The position numbers and the translations under genes are program-made. A stretch of DNA of 63,447 nt, filler included, from Collodictyon triciliatum (Eukaryota), in assembly GCA_043381765.1 (NCBI GenBank). It is 8 parts of 8 records of this genome, joined end to end, with 100 filler letters (N's around TTAATTAATTAA, not from the genome) between each part and the next. Parts side by side here need not be neighbours in the genome. Positions count along the whole stretch, not along the records: positions 1 to 8,220 come from JBHJMP010000582.1; positions 8,321 to 17,815 come from JBHJMP010000583.1; 6 more parts are not named here. One strand, 5' to 3'. The notes beneath the pieces were generated by a model. It worked only from the letters and a program-made list of their open reading frames with translations. It was not told the origin of the DNA and made no database searches. This document shows positions 1-13,222 of this stretch, piece by piece (the stretch's first letter is position 1; each line of letters begins with the position of its first letter).

Positions 1-2614
1 GCAGATTTTCGAGCGGCAGTCGATCTTGGCGCAGGTCCAGCTTGCACTCATCCTTTCGCTACCAACACAGATCGCTTTCTTTTTCGAGCCTTTTTCTTCT
101 CGGCCGCTCTTATGACCCGGCCTTTTTGTGCGACAATAAACCCTCCCTTTGACCTTGCTGTTTGTCCTCTCTTCATTACCAGAAAACCGAGCCTTTCGAC
201 GTGGCCCCGGCCTGCGACCTTTTCTTGGTGGCGTCTTCGAATGGTCTCATTTTTTATTCGACATTAGTGGCTTCTATCCCCCGTCCATGTTTGCTTCGAT
301 GTTGTTCCCTTCGTTCGTCGCGGCTTGATATTCTTCTTCACCTCCAACAAATCTATGCCATTTAGTTAGTTACCATGAAACGTCTGCATTATATGCATCG
401 CCTGACTTATCGCCCTTCTCTCTCTCTCTCCATCTTTCTATATATACATCCACTTTTATTCTGCTCAGGAGTAATTTCTGCGTACTCGGCTACGTCGGCT
501 TCTAACCAATCTGAAAACCGTCTCATGCATCGTTTCCAGGCCGTCCAGCCGTACATTTTGAGTATCCGCTACAATCCTTCAACAGACAGGTTTCTCTTTG
601 GTTTCGCATTCGTTGTTGGTCTGGTTACTTTTTTTTATTTTTGCGATTTGTTTGTTTCTGTAAAAATTCCTTGGACTCTTACTCAACACCCCAATCAACC
701 GCGAAGCATAATCACTCTCGAAAGGGAGGTTGAAGAGCACAGCCGACAAGCAATACGCATATACTCGAATTGGAGAGTTGGAACACCATCTCCAATACCC
801 ATCGCAGGTGTTTAATTGATAGGATATTGGAATAGAGATTTACCTCTGTTGAACCTTCTATTGACCATTATCCAGAAAATTGATTGAGCAAAGTTATTTG
901 CGGGATTCCCTATGAAAACAATCATCTTTGCATAAAAATACACGCACCAGCGGATCACATATTATTTCTGAATTTAACTGTTTTTTTCCCTTTATTCGAT
1001 TCAAAGTCTGAATTTAACTATAAACGAGCCCAGTTCAGGACTCTAGCGCTGTTCCTGAAGGTGTTCCCCAATCGGCCATGCATATTATAGGCTTCACTCC
1101 TGTTCTCGGAGAAACATCCAAGGTAAAAAAAAAAATACTATATTGGTAGGTCACAAAAACCTTATTGCAATCTTTGAAAATATTAGGAAAATATCTCTGC
1201 TTGCATCTTCAAATTGCGTCCATCTTTATACATCTAGACTAAAATCCAAATCAATAGCCTCTGCAGCCAACTCCTCGCGCATACACCCTCCCCCTATCAA
1301 TGTCGGCCACAGCCGTGGCTGTTTGCCAAAGCACAAGCCTCATGGCCATCGCCTGTCACAAGATTGTCACGGTTTGGATGCTCTATCAACACACAATTAC
1401 TCTCAAGAAAACAGCTGTGCAAAAAGAGGATAACACAAGTGCCACACTTCCCTCGAATCTTGCTGGCTCATCACTTCATGCTCGAATGTCTCAACGTGGG
1501 CAACTTTCGTACATGGGCAAATCATATCGCAGCCCCAATGAAAAGAAGGCTGACACCGAAGAAAAGGTTTCCATCACACTGGAATCCTATATTCGTTCTC
1601 TTATTTCCGATATTTTTTTTTAATATTTTCTATCTGCGAGTTACTTAAATGGCGCATTCGTTAAATTTATATTATTATCATAATAACGCTTGAATTATAT
1701 CAATAACGAGTATGTCGAGTCAATAATATTTTATGATTTAAATGACTACAGACGACTATTATAAAAGCACGTCCGGTGTTTGACGTGGAATCTTCATGGG
1801 AAGTCCGCGTTATCTCCTTGGAGGCAAACTACATAAGTGCTTAGAGACAATACTCTTATTTTCTAATGGCATATTTGTTGCTAACATGAAAAGATTTTAT
1901 ATTCCACAGAATTCGGTCTTCCTATTAATTTTTTTTTTAAAAAAAAATTCTACATGTAGCTTACGCTTGCTCTGACCAAGTCCGGGTCCTCAAATTCAGC
2001 ACATCAGAGAATAACATAATTTCGGAGGACGATAGTATGTTTATTTTCATTGTTGTATTGCTATGATAGTATCCTTCTTAACTCCTGAATATCAGCGGTT
2101 CAATATAATGCAAAAACATCAGTAATTTAACAAAAAAAATAATCAATTGTGACAGCCGTTATGAGAACAGAGATTAGTTTTCTCCCTGGTGAGGTAAGTA
2201 TCATAATATAATGGTGAATAACAATGTCATCAATCTATTTCGGCTTAATTTAACAATGGCATATTACAAAGAATGCCCTTTCAATTGATTATATGAAAAT
2301 AAAATATTATTTCCGTTTTTATATCCTTTTTGTTGGATATTAATTTTTTTCAGTATTAAAAACAAATAAAAACTTTCCTCTTTGCTATGTATTTCCACCT
2401 TGGTTTGTAATAATGATAATGATAATAATGATAATAATGATAATAATGATAATAATGATAATAATGATAATAATGATAATAATGATAATAATGATAATAA
2501 TGATAATAATGATANNNNNNNNNNNNNNNNNNNNNNNNNNNNNNNNNNNNNNNNNNNNNNNNNNNNNNNNNNNNNNNNNNNNNNNNNNNNNNNNNNNNNN
2601 NNNNNNNNNNNNNN

Positions 2615-2696
<82 letters not shown>

Positions 2697-5600
2697 GGTG
2701 AGAAATCAAGACAGAGCGTGTGAAGTTGTCCGCGATAGTTACTGCTTCGAATGTGAGTTTGATACCCAAGGCAACTCCATTATACCTGTGAATCCTGATT
2801 CCGTCATGAAAGTCCCAAGGTTTTTAAAACGAAAAGATTCTCGTTCATTGTCATTCTAGATGGCTCCTCATAACTATTTCGTTGTTTTCTTCTTTTTTTC
2901 AAAAAAAGCTAATATTTACCTGTATTTTTGTACATTTATTTGAAATCTTATATTTCATGATTTGCAGTATCCCAGAGGCAAGGGCGGCTAGAAATGCATC
3001 TTTTGAATACTTTGGTCCTGTGACTGACACCGATTGTGGGATGCGAGTGTATGGAAGGTAGTCGTTGAGCATAATAGACGAATAATAATTGCATACATAG
3101 TAAAAATTCTCATTTTAACCATGATATATTTTCTTCCTTTAAGGAGTAAAATCAGTAATTTTTACCCGTTAAACCACTAGTGTTCCGTAATAGTTTTTTT
3201 TGTTTGCTCTCAGATACCAAGTGAACGAGTTTACGCTTCTTGTTTACCGTCGATTTTCAGCATCCTCCAACATCCAATCTCTCTGGTTCATATCTGATGT
3301 ATTGAATTTTTTCCGCATGGACACACGTTCTTATAATTAGAGGCCATGTACGCCACACATGTCGATTTATTTTGTCAATTTGAAGACAAATTTCTTATCA
3401 TCTCTTTCTGGCTGAATATATGATCTGACGTGTCCATGATTTAAAATTGATGAGTCGGTATATTTATACTACACAGCCTTCAGAAAAGAATACAATTAGA
3501 GCTTTAGTTTCTACTGAAAAGCAGGTCTTAGATCTGATCCAAATATTTCTGCTTACTTTTCTGATTTTAAGACTAAAGAAGGACAAATGTGTATTTGTAT
3601 GCGCGTATTTATTTATTTATTTATTTATTTATTTGTTTGTTTGTTTGTTTGTTTGTTTTTATGTTACAGTTGCATGAACTGAGCACATATCCCCGTCTTA
3701 GGCTTTTGTGTATGATCTTCAGGAACCAAAGTTATTTGCAACTTACAACTTCCTCTCGGAATCCAATACCGTCATCCCAAGCCGATTTTTTCTTTACAAC
3801 CTATCACAAACAGGTACGAGCTCATGTTCTTTATCATTTCTTTTTACAAGATAATCCAGCAAACCCGCTTTTGCAGCCATGCATTCTGATACAGCACGTT
3901 GTCATCTATTTCATACGTTAATTGTCAGTGTATTGTATAGCCTTGGAAGTTTACACAATGCGATGGTCATCAGCAGTATCGATAGACTACATACCGGCTC
4001 CATTTATGTTAACAAGGTTTGACATATCGGTTTTTTTTTTTCAATTCGCTTTTGAAGAATAGACTGTCATGAACTAATAATATCTAAACATCATAGTTTC
4101 AATATTTTCAACTCTTCATTTGGACAAGATCTTGTTAGTAATATATGTTTTTTTTTCTATCGTTAGACAGCTATTTATCGGGCTTCTTAACGCTGCAGTT
4201 GTTGATGACCATATTCTTCTATTAAGCAAGTGGGCTTCTATATTTTCGACTCATGTTCAATACTCATATCGATTCGAATACCAGTTTATCATGCTTTTTT
4301 TTCTTTGTGTTGAAAACTGATGCTGAGTAGGCATGTTGGTGATTGATTAATGAAATTCAATAACACCTTCATTTTTCCGTTTTTTAGGCAACTTGACGAC
4401 GGTGTTGATTATGCGCGATTCCGGATTAATAGCTCTGGTTTTTTTTTTTCAACCGTTTTTTTTTTTTTTAACTGTTTGCTCCCATTGATTCACGAATCAA
4501 CTCATTCGATAGGATTAAAAATACCATCATCACCAGCTGGCTCGCTTGGAGGTTCAACGCCGAATTCATACGGGACAAAGAAGCTGACTTCTCGGTCACC
4601 GCATGGATTCTTTCCGTCCGGTTTGGAGGTAATTATAACACAAAATATTCAAAATATCTATACTCAAGTCAGATCCTGCTTTCTTTTTATTTTCTCTACA
4701 TCAAATTGGGCATTAAAACGCTTTGCAAAGCCGCACCAACACATTACAACCACGTAAACCTCACAAACAGACTAACCAGTCCAATGATGAGACTGCGGAA
4801 CCCCAAGCTGCGGGATGGAATCTTTACGTCCTCAGCCACAATCAAATCCCTATGATCTACAACGAATTAATTGCTGCCTCACTTGCCTTTGTAATTCCAT
4901 TACCAATATCGATTTTGTGAATTAAGTTTCATTTGTACTTTTCACATTTCTCCCAATCATTTTTTTTTTATAAACAAATAAGACAACTATACATTTCTTT
5001 CGTGTGTGTATAGAAAGAGGCGATGCCGACGCGCCACCATCAGATGATTCTGGAAGGATTCTTTTTGTTGAAGTCGCGGCTTGTGTATCTTTACGACCAG
5101 AGTAATTCCTAACCACAACATCACCAAACTGCTTATGTTTTCAGTCCCCCAAAAAATAAAAAATAAAAAACAAATCGATATTCACTTTTCCGATAATTTG
5201 AACTCATTCTTCCTTTCCCTGGCATATTAAATGCACATTTTCTCGACTTAATTATTTCCTTTATCAATATTACTCTAACTGATGTCCCGAATATCATCCT
5301 TTTTTTTTTTTTTTTTTGAAAACATAATCTAGACAACAAAACAACCTCGAATGGAAACGCTCTAGACCCGCGGGCAATGGCAAGACAAGTGGACATAGAT
5401 ACCTGCACATCTCTCATTCGAAAATGCTCTTCACAACTCGCATCCGTCTGTCGAAAATATCCACTCAGCATCCCCTCTTATTGCAACCAGCTCATTGTTC
5501 ATCATAACAATTTTTTTAAAAAAATTCTCGTTTTATATCTATTCACAATTACGTTTCTCTCTTTTGATTTCTCACTCTATTGTCAAAATATTTCGCAGAT

Positions 5601-8108
5601 ATATTACGGTGCTGCAGACTATAAGACAGCTGCAAAATACTATGCCATTTCTGATTTGAAAGTCAGCGACGTGATGGATATTTTCATAGATTTAAAAGCC
5701 AATTCTGAAGCCCTCATCTATTATTTGAACATGACCCTATTCGATCCGTCGGTAAGTCCATCTTCGATGACCTCATAGCTTGATATGTCCCTATTATTTA
5801 TTTGTAAGTGATGCCGATTCCGTCTGGTTGTCACGTCAGATGCAAGAATTCGTCGATGATACGCCCGAACTGGCTGACCGCGTCTTGTCCATATATCGCC
5901 AATATGCCCCTCATCAACTGGCCTCTGTGATTCTGAAGTCATCACTCGCGAGTTACAATCAAACGAGCGCTTTGGAGCTTTTTGGTCATTCCCACAATTA
6001 CGTTCATGAATCTCTAGTTTATTTCTTACAGATGACATCATTACACTTTTTTCCCTTTTATTTCATCACATATCTTTGTTTTTGCTCAAATATGTCAAAA
6101 AAAAAAAAACACATCATATTGAATGGAACTTTTGAAACGCAGAGAGTCTGATTGACGAGATAGAGGCCCAAAAAAAGCGAGGAGCAGAGTCTGCTAATAC
6201 CTCGCAGATAGAAAGTGGTCTTGCTGAAGTCAAGTTTGTGCGCGGCCTCTTACTTTTGGACCTGGGTGCAGTGCATGAAGCGGGATTGTGTTTCGAGTCT
6301 CTCGAGCCCAGACTACTCTCTGAGTTGGTCTTGACTCTGAGCTCATGCTTGCATTCTTGTGAAGACGACGCAAATACAGGAAGTATGAAATTGTCAGATT
6401 CGCACCAGTCACTCCATACACTCGCTTCAGAAAATTCTTCATCAAATTGGACACTCAGCGTGGTGGAGGAGGTCAAGGTTGGTTTCACGGAATGATGATT
6501 TCTTGTCTATTTTTCCCCTACATCGTAAATGAATGCGGGGACTATAGAACAATCAATATCCTTTGGAAAAGGACTATTAATGTCATCATTTTGTCCATTT
6601 TCAGGAATCCTCAGACTTCGTCCCATCTTTGTCGGAAGTTCTGCGCAAGTATGCGCCATGGCCTCTCTTGGATGCAGTGATGGTTATGACCGAGGATGAT
6701 TTCGATTGGATTCGTCATCACTCAATTCTCCAAGCACGCCGAGAGGAAAAGTTTCCTTCGTCAAGGTTCTGCACCGTGGTTTCTAACACAAAAGATACTC
6801 TTTTTTCTTACCTGCAATGATTTGTTATCACCTGTCTGTGTCTCTTTCAATTTGTTCTTGTTGTTTATTTGTGCACCCAAACGATAGGCTTCTTCAAGAA
6901 TGCTACTTGGAGGCCATTCTCCTCGGTTGTCCAGGGCTTTGCAGAGACATGAAATCATGGCACCAAATGCTCCGTGAGCGTGATATGGAGTTTGTTTATG
7001 TAAAGTTACTAAGGTTTGGTTATCCCTGAAAAAAAAAGAAAAACATAAAATCAAAACAGAACAGTTCCTATAAATTTATCGCTGGACTGTGATGTGCAAC
7101 CAACCATATTTGAACTTTACTGGATATTGAAAAATTCCTATAGAAAGGCTATGTGAATGTTGATGTCTCTTAATTATCTGTCAGGCTGTACATTACAAGA
7201 CTTCTGCGCGATGATGAAGCCGACTGTGATGCAAAGAAGCTGATTGCATATGTATGTTTCATGCTGGCAAATTAGTTTCATGAGATCGAATGCACATTGT
7301 CGATTATTCTGTTAAATGGACACATGACTGAATATTCTAAAGAAGCAGGGATGTTGTAATTTAACTTGACCAGTATTTTCTTCTCAGATCAACGCATCAA
7401 CCCGAGAAACTGTCGAAAAGCCCGTCCCATCACCTGATGAACTCGAGTGCAAATGGATGCATTTCCACACAACGTATGGGAAAATACGACTTTTTTTCTC
7501 TTCTCTTTTCGCTTTTACTTTCTCCAAAGTAGGATTCTGTACAGAAAAGCATTTTTATCGGGTTCTTGGTTTGCAAACAAATATTAGGACTTTCTCGTAC
7601 TATCCGGAATGGTTTGACCTTATCCACGAGCCCTTGTCATCTGCAAACAAGCCTGTGAAGCAGCTTTATTGTCGCAAACTGCACTCTCTTCTCGTGCACG
7701 TGTATCAGATTGGGCAGCAGAAACTCGCCGACGAGCATTTAGACTATGGGCTTTCTGGTTCTGGTTTCCTCAGCATCGTTAAGGAATTGTCTGCAAAAGC
7801 CATTCACGTTCTCGAATCCGTACCAAAAGTATTTCTTGGAAAGGACCGAGCTATTACGCTTTGTTTGCCCATGTCTGGCAGGTCTGTGCTTTAGGCAAAT
7901 AGTAGGGCGATTTGCATGGCCTCAATATCTTCATATTTGATTGTTTACTAGAAATAAGCCGCAAATTCATCACTTTAACAGTGATTTATATTTTCGATCT
8001 CTTTCTTTCTTTCTTTCCCTGGATTACAGATTGAGCGAGGGAGTCTCTCGAATGATTCCGAATAGCCTGGAGGCAATTGTAGACTACGCGAAATACTGTT
8101 GCAAATCT
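1..8108 (+). CDS. HPS3: HPS3-like (BLOC-2 subunit) multi-exon gene, partial
   Basis: GT-AG spliced exons give ...LFLVASSNGVISAYS...ILSIRYNPSTDSIITLEREVEEHSRQAIRIYSNWR...AYTLPLSMSATAVAVCQSTSLMAIACHKIVTVW...ISLEANYITYACSDQVRVLKF. This follows the recalled HPS3 N-terminal pattern (LAY...DYLVAIE...LRAYVNWR; CISCCPVKGDLLVGC; GYVAVMSDLEVLIVKL). Same-strand exons continue to 8108, but their assignment to this gene is inferred and I did not resolve every exon. Confidence 0.65.
967..1019 (-). mobile_element. Micro-retroposon-like insertion with a perfect 13-bp direct repeat (copy 1, intronic)
   Basis: TCTGAATTTAACT (967-979) + G T7 CCCTTTATTCGATTCAAAG (980-1006) + TCTGAATTTAACT (1007-1019). The minus strand reads CTTTGAATCGAATAAAGGG-A7. 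Confidence 0.75.
2407..2697. repeat. (AATAATGAT)n/(AAT)n microsatellite spanning an N gap
   Basis: Directly visible tandem repeat. Confidence 0.95.
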
Positions 8109-8126
8109 GTACATATCCATCACCAA

Positions 8127-8220
<94 letters not shown>

Positions 8221-8320
8221 NNNNNNNNNNNNNNNNNNNNNNNNNNNNNNNNNNNNNNNNNNNNTTAATTAATTAANNNNNNNNNNNNNNNNNNNNNNNN
8301 NNNNNNNNNNNNNNNNNNNN
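8221..8320. other. Artificial scaffold linker N44-TTAATTAATTAA-N44 (also 17816-17915, 24854-24953, 32825-32924, 42878-42977, 53514-53613, 61017-61116)
   Basis: The same 100-bp spacer with a six-frame stop cassette occurs seven times, and genes are truncated at these points. Confidence 0.97.
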
Positions 8321-8321
8321 A

Positions 8322-8381
<60 letters not shown>

Positions 8382-9197
8382 GGTCGAGAGAATTGGGCAT
8401 CATTACAGATGTCTCCTCCTGGTTTGGGTACGCCACACCGTCGAATCTCTGTCTCATCGTTCCTGCTAGAACTTTTTACCAAAAAAAATGCCGACGGTAT
8501 TGTGCCAAAATATTTTCCTTTTTCCTTTTTCCTTTTTCCTTTTTCCTTTTTCCTTTTTCCTTTTATCGGTTAACTTTACTTTTACCTTTACCTTTTTTTT
8601 TCTTATTCTTTTTTCCTTTTCTTGTTTTTCTTTTTCCCTTTTCCTTTGTTTTTTCTGCACTCTTATTTCTATTTCTTCCTCTCCGCTCACAGCGTGTTCA
8701 CCGACGCACGGCTAACGCCCAGCCCTTCGGGTCAGCTCAGCCAGGCACCAGACTTCCCTTGCTCGCACGCATCACGGCACAAAGGACGCCAAAGGCAGAG
8801 TCCCGAGTGAAAGTCGAGCCATTTTGGTATGAATCACCATTTTCCCCGCTCTTTTTCCTCATTTTTTTTTTCTCTGGTTTATTTTCTTTTCAAAGGGATA
8901 TGCTTGTAACGAAGGAGGAAGAGAGAAAGTTCTCAGGAGGCAGGCAGATCCATGCGGCAGGAGCCTCTTGTACATTTCGTTCATTATAGGGGGCAGACTC
9001 ACGGAGCTGTCCCACGCTTCTAATGGAAGGAGGCGGAAAGTGTTACAGCCGGCAGAGGAAGGGAGACACTTCTTTGGGCGGATGTCGCACTCTCACATAC
9101 GGGGCGCAACGCTGCACAGAAGAGCGGGGAAAAGAAAAAAAGAAAAAAAGAAAAGAGGAGCAACACCTTTGCGAGAAGCGCTCGTCGGCTTGCCTCT

Positions 9198-11838
9198 TTA
9201 CTTGGGGCCAGCAGCCTTGATTTCGGCGGATGCTCCGCTCTCAAACTTCTTGAAGTTCTCTGTGAAAAGACCAGAGAGCTTCATGAGGGTCTTTGAGTAC
9301 TCAGCGTGATCGCCCCAGGTCTTCATGGGGATGAGCACGTTGGGGTCGACGTTGGGGCAGCTGGTGGGGACCTTTGCGGAGCAGAGGCATTTAGAACAAT
9401 ACTTCCAACCGAAGGCAGGTGACATGCGCAAGCTCTTTCATATAATTTGACTACTATTCAATTGCCAGAGCTCAAGAATAGTAGATGTCTGGTCTGTACC
9501 TGCAGATTGAAGACTGGGAAGGTCTCATACTTGGCCCTCTCGAGGCTTCCGTCGTGGATGGCGTCAAGGATGGCGCGGGTCACCTTCAGGCTCATGCGCT
9601 TTCCGACACCGTAGGCACCTCCGCTCCAGCCAGTGTTGACGAGCCAGACGTTGGCGTTGTGCTTGTTGATCTTCTCAGCGAGAAGCTCAGCATACTTGGC
9701 TGGGTGCCAAACCATGAAAGGAGCACCAAAGCATGCAGAGAAGGTGGCCTGGGGCTCCTTCACGCCGACTTCAGTACCGGCGACCTGGTTAGGTGAGGTA
9801 AGAGACCGGATTAGAAGTCTGACTGGCATAATGAGGGTTTCATGGCAATCATCAGCTGTTTTTTTTTTTTTTATTGCTGTTGTTGTTTTTGTTAAAAGAA
9901 ATGTTGCCTGCTATTCAGGGTTACAATTACCAAGTAATTGGTGGACTATTACTAGAATTAGTATCGGAATTATGAGAATAGCCCACGTACCTTGGCAGTG
10001 TATCCAGAGATGAAGTGGTACATGGCTTGAGCAGGGGTCAGCTTGGCGACCGGGGGAAGAACACCAAAGGCATCGCAGGTGAGCATGACAATGTTCTTGG
10101 GGTGGCCACCAACAGCGGGAATCTTGACGTTGGGAATGTGCTCAAGGGGGTATGAGACACGGGTATTTTCAGTGATGCTGATGTTGTTATAGTCGACCTG
10201 CACACACACACACACACACAAAAAAAAAGCATATTAATTCGTCAGCTGACCTTTGGCAAGGAGACAGGGCTGATTGTATCCGCTTGGTATAACATGCATG
10301 AGGTTTGGAGGAAGAAGGAAGACAGGAAGGACTAACATGAAAATAGAATTCTTACGACACCAGTGTGGCGGTCGTAGATGACGTTCTCCAAGAGTGCGCC
10401 GAAGCGAATAGCATCGTAGATTTCAGGTTCCTTCTCACGGGTGAGACCGATGGCCTTAGCGTAGCAGCCTCCTTCAATGTTATAGACTCCTTCATCACTC
10501 CAGGCGTGCTCGTCATCACCAATCAGCTGGCGCTCGGGGTCAGCAGAGAGGGTGGTCTTACCAGTTCCGCTATGGCAAAAGTGGGTCGTCAGGGAATGGG
10601 TCAGCAAGTACAGGATTCTTTTGTGAGGGGGCTCAACGTTGATTCGCTGAGGGCGCGTTGAGGCATGACATAATACGACAAGGAAATAAAATGGCGATTG
10701 GAAGAAATTGAAAAGAATAAAAAAAATGGCGAATGGAAGAAGAAAAAAAGAAATGGGGACGAAAAGGGGGACCAACCTGAGCCCAAAGAAGAGAGTGACA
10801 TCTCCCTTCTTTCCTTCGTTGGCCGAAGCGTGCATGGAGAGGATACCCTTCTTGGGGAGCAGATAATTCATGATGGTGAAGACACCCTTCTTCATCTCAC
10901 CAGCGTATTGAGTTCCAAGGATAACAAACTCTCTGGTGGCAAAGTTGAGGGAGACAGAGGTGGCTGAGGTCATTCCCTCGCTGAAGCGGTTGGCGGGGAA
11001 GGCGCCAGCATTGTAGATGGTGTAGTCGGGATCACCAAAGTTCTCAAGCTCCTCAGGGGTCGGGCGGATGAGCATGTTGTGCATGAAGAGGGCGTGATAT
11101 GCACGAGACGTAATGACGCGGATCTATGACGAGTGCAGAATTCAATGTACTCTTCATGGAAGAGAGGAGCCCGCGTGGGCATTTCGACTGACTCAATAAG
11201 TAAATACAAAAGTGATGGAAGAAAAGCTGTCTGCAAGAGCGGGAAAATCTGAGGGCTGGGTTGCTCTAAGTTTTTTCAAAAGACACTGTTACCTTGTATC
11301 TGTTCTTGGGGTCCCAGTTAGCAAAACCGTCAAAGACGTAGAGTCTGCGGCGAGTGTTGAGGTAGTCAATGGCGCGCTCACGATTGATGCGGAAGACTTG
11401 CGGGCTGAGCTTGACATTGACGCTGCCCCACCAAATGTCGTTGGCCGAGGACGGCTCGTCTACAATACGCTTGTCGAGAGGCGAGCGGCCGGTCTTTGCA
11501 CCGGAGAAGGCAGCCAAGGCGCCGGTGGAGAGAATGGCCGAGCCGCTTTCGTAGTTGAGGGCCTCTTCGTACAGCTTACCAACACTGGCGTTGCGGAAGA
11601 CAACCTCGGTGTTGATGCCGATGTTGGACAGGATCTTCGTGTCGGCATCGTGCTCCTGGTGGACGGAAGGCGTCTGGGAAGGCGCGTCTGTGCCGGGCTT
11701 CGAGCCTTGCAGCGACTTCTTGACAGATTCGAGGACCTTGTCAGGCGAGTTGGAGTTGGACGAAGACTGGACAAAGCGGGCCAGAGCTGCGGTCGTAGGC
11801 GACGGCAGGATTCCGCGCAAGCGGCTCACAAGCGACAT
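9198..11838 (-). CDS. pckA: Phosphoenolpyruvate carboxykinase (ATP), 6 exons: 11838-11293, 11123-10777, 10569-10356, 10197-9991, 9784-9500, 9371-9198
   Basis: Motifs [46 protein letters not shown] (across a splice), [30 protein letters not shown] and WLVNTGW. All introns are GT-AG and preserve frame. Stop TAA at 9198-9200. Confidence 0.97.
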
Positions 11839-12267
11839 AGTGTGTGCTTGATCTAGTGTGTTGGGTTTGACAGGTGGGGAAATGATGAGCACGGGCCACT
11901 GTTTGGAGAGAAGGTTGGGAGAAGGGGGGGGGGGGCTCTTGACAGATGTGGTGTCGACGTCGTGGTGTAGATGGGAGAGGCTGGTAGTGTGGTCAGTGGG
12001 TTCGAGTCGTGTGTGGGGTGGATTACTAGGCTTGGTCACCCCAACAGGGGGTTTCTTTGACCTCCCTTGGAGGATCATGCGGAAGAGAAGGGGCTAGGGT
12101 GAAGATTGACAGCGAACGTGGGAAAGAAAAGGGTGGGGAGAGAGAGAAAAACATAAAGACATCGTAGAGTAATGAGCGGGGGCGGGAGGCGGGGATAGGC
12201 ATTGGTTGGTGTGTTCAACAACTTCCCTTCTCTCGCAGGTAGGAGCAATATTAAATCTAATACGTGT

Positions 12268-12389
12268 GTTTGTTTGTTTGTTTGTTTGTTTGTTTGTTTG
12301 TTTGTTTGTTTGTTTGTTTGTTTGTTTGTTTGTTTGTTTGTTTGTTTGTTTGTTTGTTTGTTTGTTTTGCTTGTTTGCTTGTTTGTTTG
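12268..12389. repeat. (GTTT)n microsatellite
   Basis: Directly visible. Confidence 0.95.
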
Positions 12390-13200
12390 CAACACACAAG
12401 AGCTTCACAAGCCTGCGCGACGATTCGCGCTCGCGGGTTTCTGTCTGGTTGGGATCGTCTCGGGCCTTGTGGCGAAGCGTTGTCTGTGGGCGTGCGCGCG
12501 CGTGTGTGTGTAAGGCTGGCCTGAGCGGCTTTCCTTGGGTGCCCTTGGAGTGGCCTTTGACCGGGCGGCCATTGGATAAAAACCCCTCTCGCTTGGCCCG
12601 GAAGGGCTTATATAGGGCGTGTCCTTTGTGCGCTGCTATCCGCGTGGTCGCCTGGGCGGTTTGAGACGACTCTTGGATCAGCCGCCTGCTGCCGCTTTGG
12701 CCATGGAACATTCGCGCTATATGCCGTGACCACAATGACGAAGTGATGATTCGTGACGTCATGATATTGATGGTGCAGGGTGACGCACGTTCAATTTTCC
12801 TTTTATGGATATGCTTGTTGAATATTCTCCCAAATGTGCCCCTTTGGAATTGTCTCGGGGCCATAAACTAAAGTGAAGTGCAATCTCTGTCCTTTGTATT
12901 ATTTTATTATAATATATATTGCATATTTTGTCTTATATTCTTAAATAATTTGGTAATGGTGGGCCTTATCGATAAAATATAAGTATTCCACATATAGATA
13001 AATTTATTGAAATTTCCTCCTGTGGAATCGACAGCTTCTGAGGGCATTGTGCGGATTTACAGGGCGGGCTGCGCGGAGAGAGGAGCATCCGGGTGCTTGG
13101 CGCCATTGCTGGGGCAGAGACAGGGGATGATATGAAAGAATCCGCAAACCATCTCCGTCAGTATAAATTTTCCAACCAGGAAAAGGTAAAATTACTTTCT

Positions 13201-13222
13201 TTTTCCTTTATTCGATTCAAAG
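13201..13222 (-). mobile_element. Micro-element core copy about 90 nt downstream of the Roco stop; no clear flanking duplication
   Basis: TTTTCCTTTATTCGATTCAAAG, an exact match to the 18-nt core. Confidence 0.55.

Noticed and set aside
2356-2769. Poly-L/I/N, KERK, CLFV, MYVC and similar ORFs throughout the ORF track
   Set aside because: Translations of microsatellites and N gaps.
8265-8276. Recurrent palindromic TTAATTAATTAA flanked by Ns
   Set aside because: Artificial contig-joining linker with stops in all frames. Gene adjacency across these points has no biological meaning.
11839-12078. 80-codon in-frame upstream extension of the PEPCK ORF
   Set aside because: Low-complexity C-rich sequence typical of a UTR. 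The ATG at 11838 begins a coherent presequence-like peptide, though this cannot be fully excluded without cDNA.
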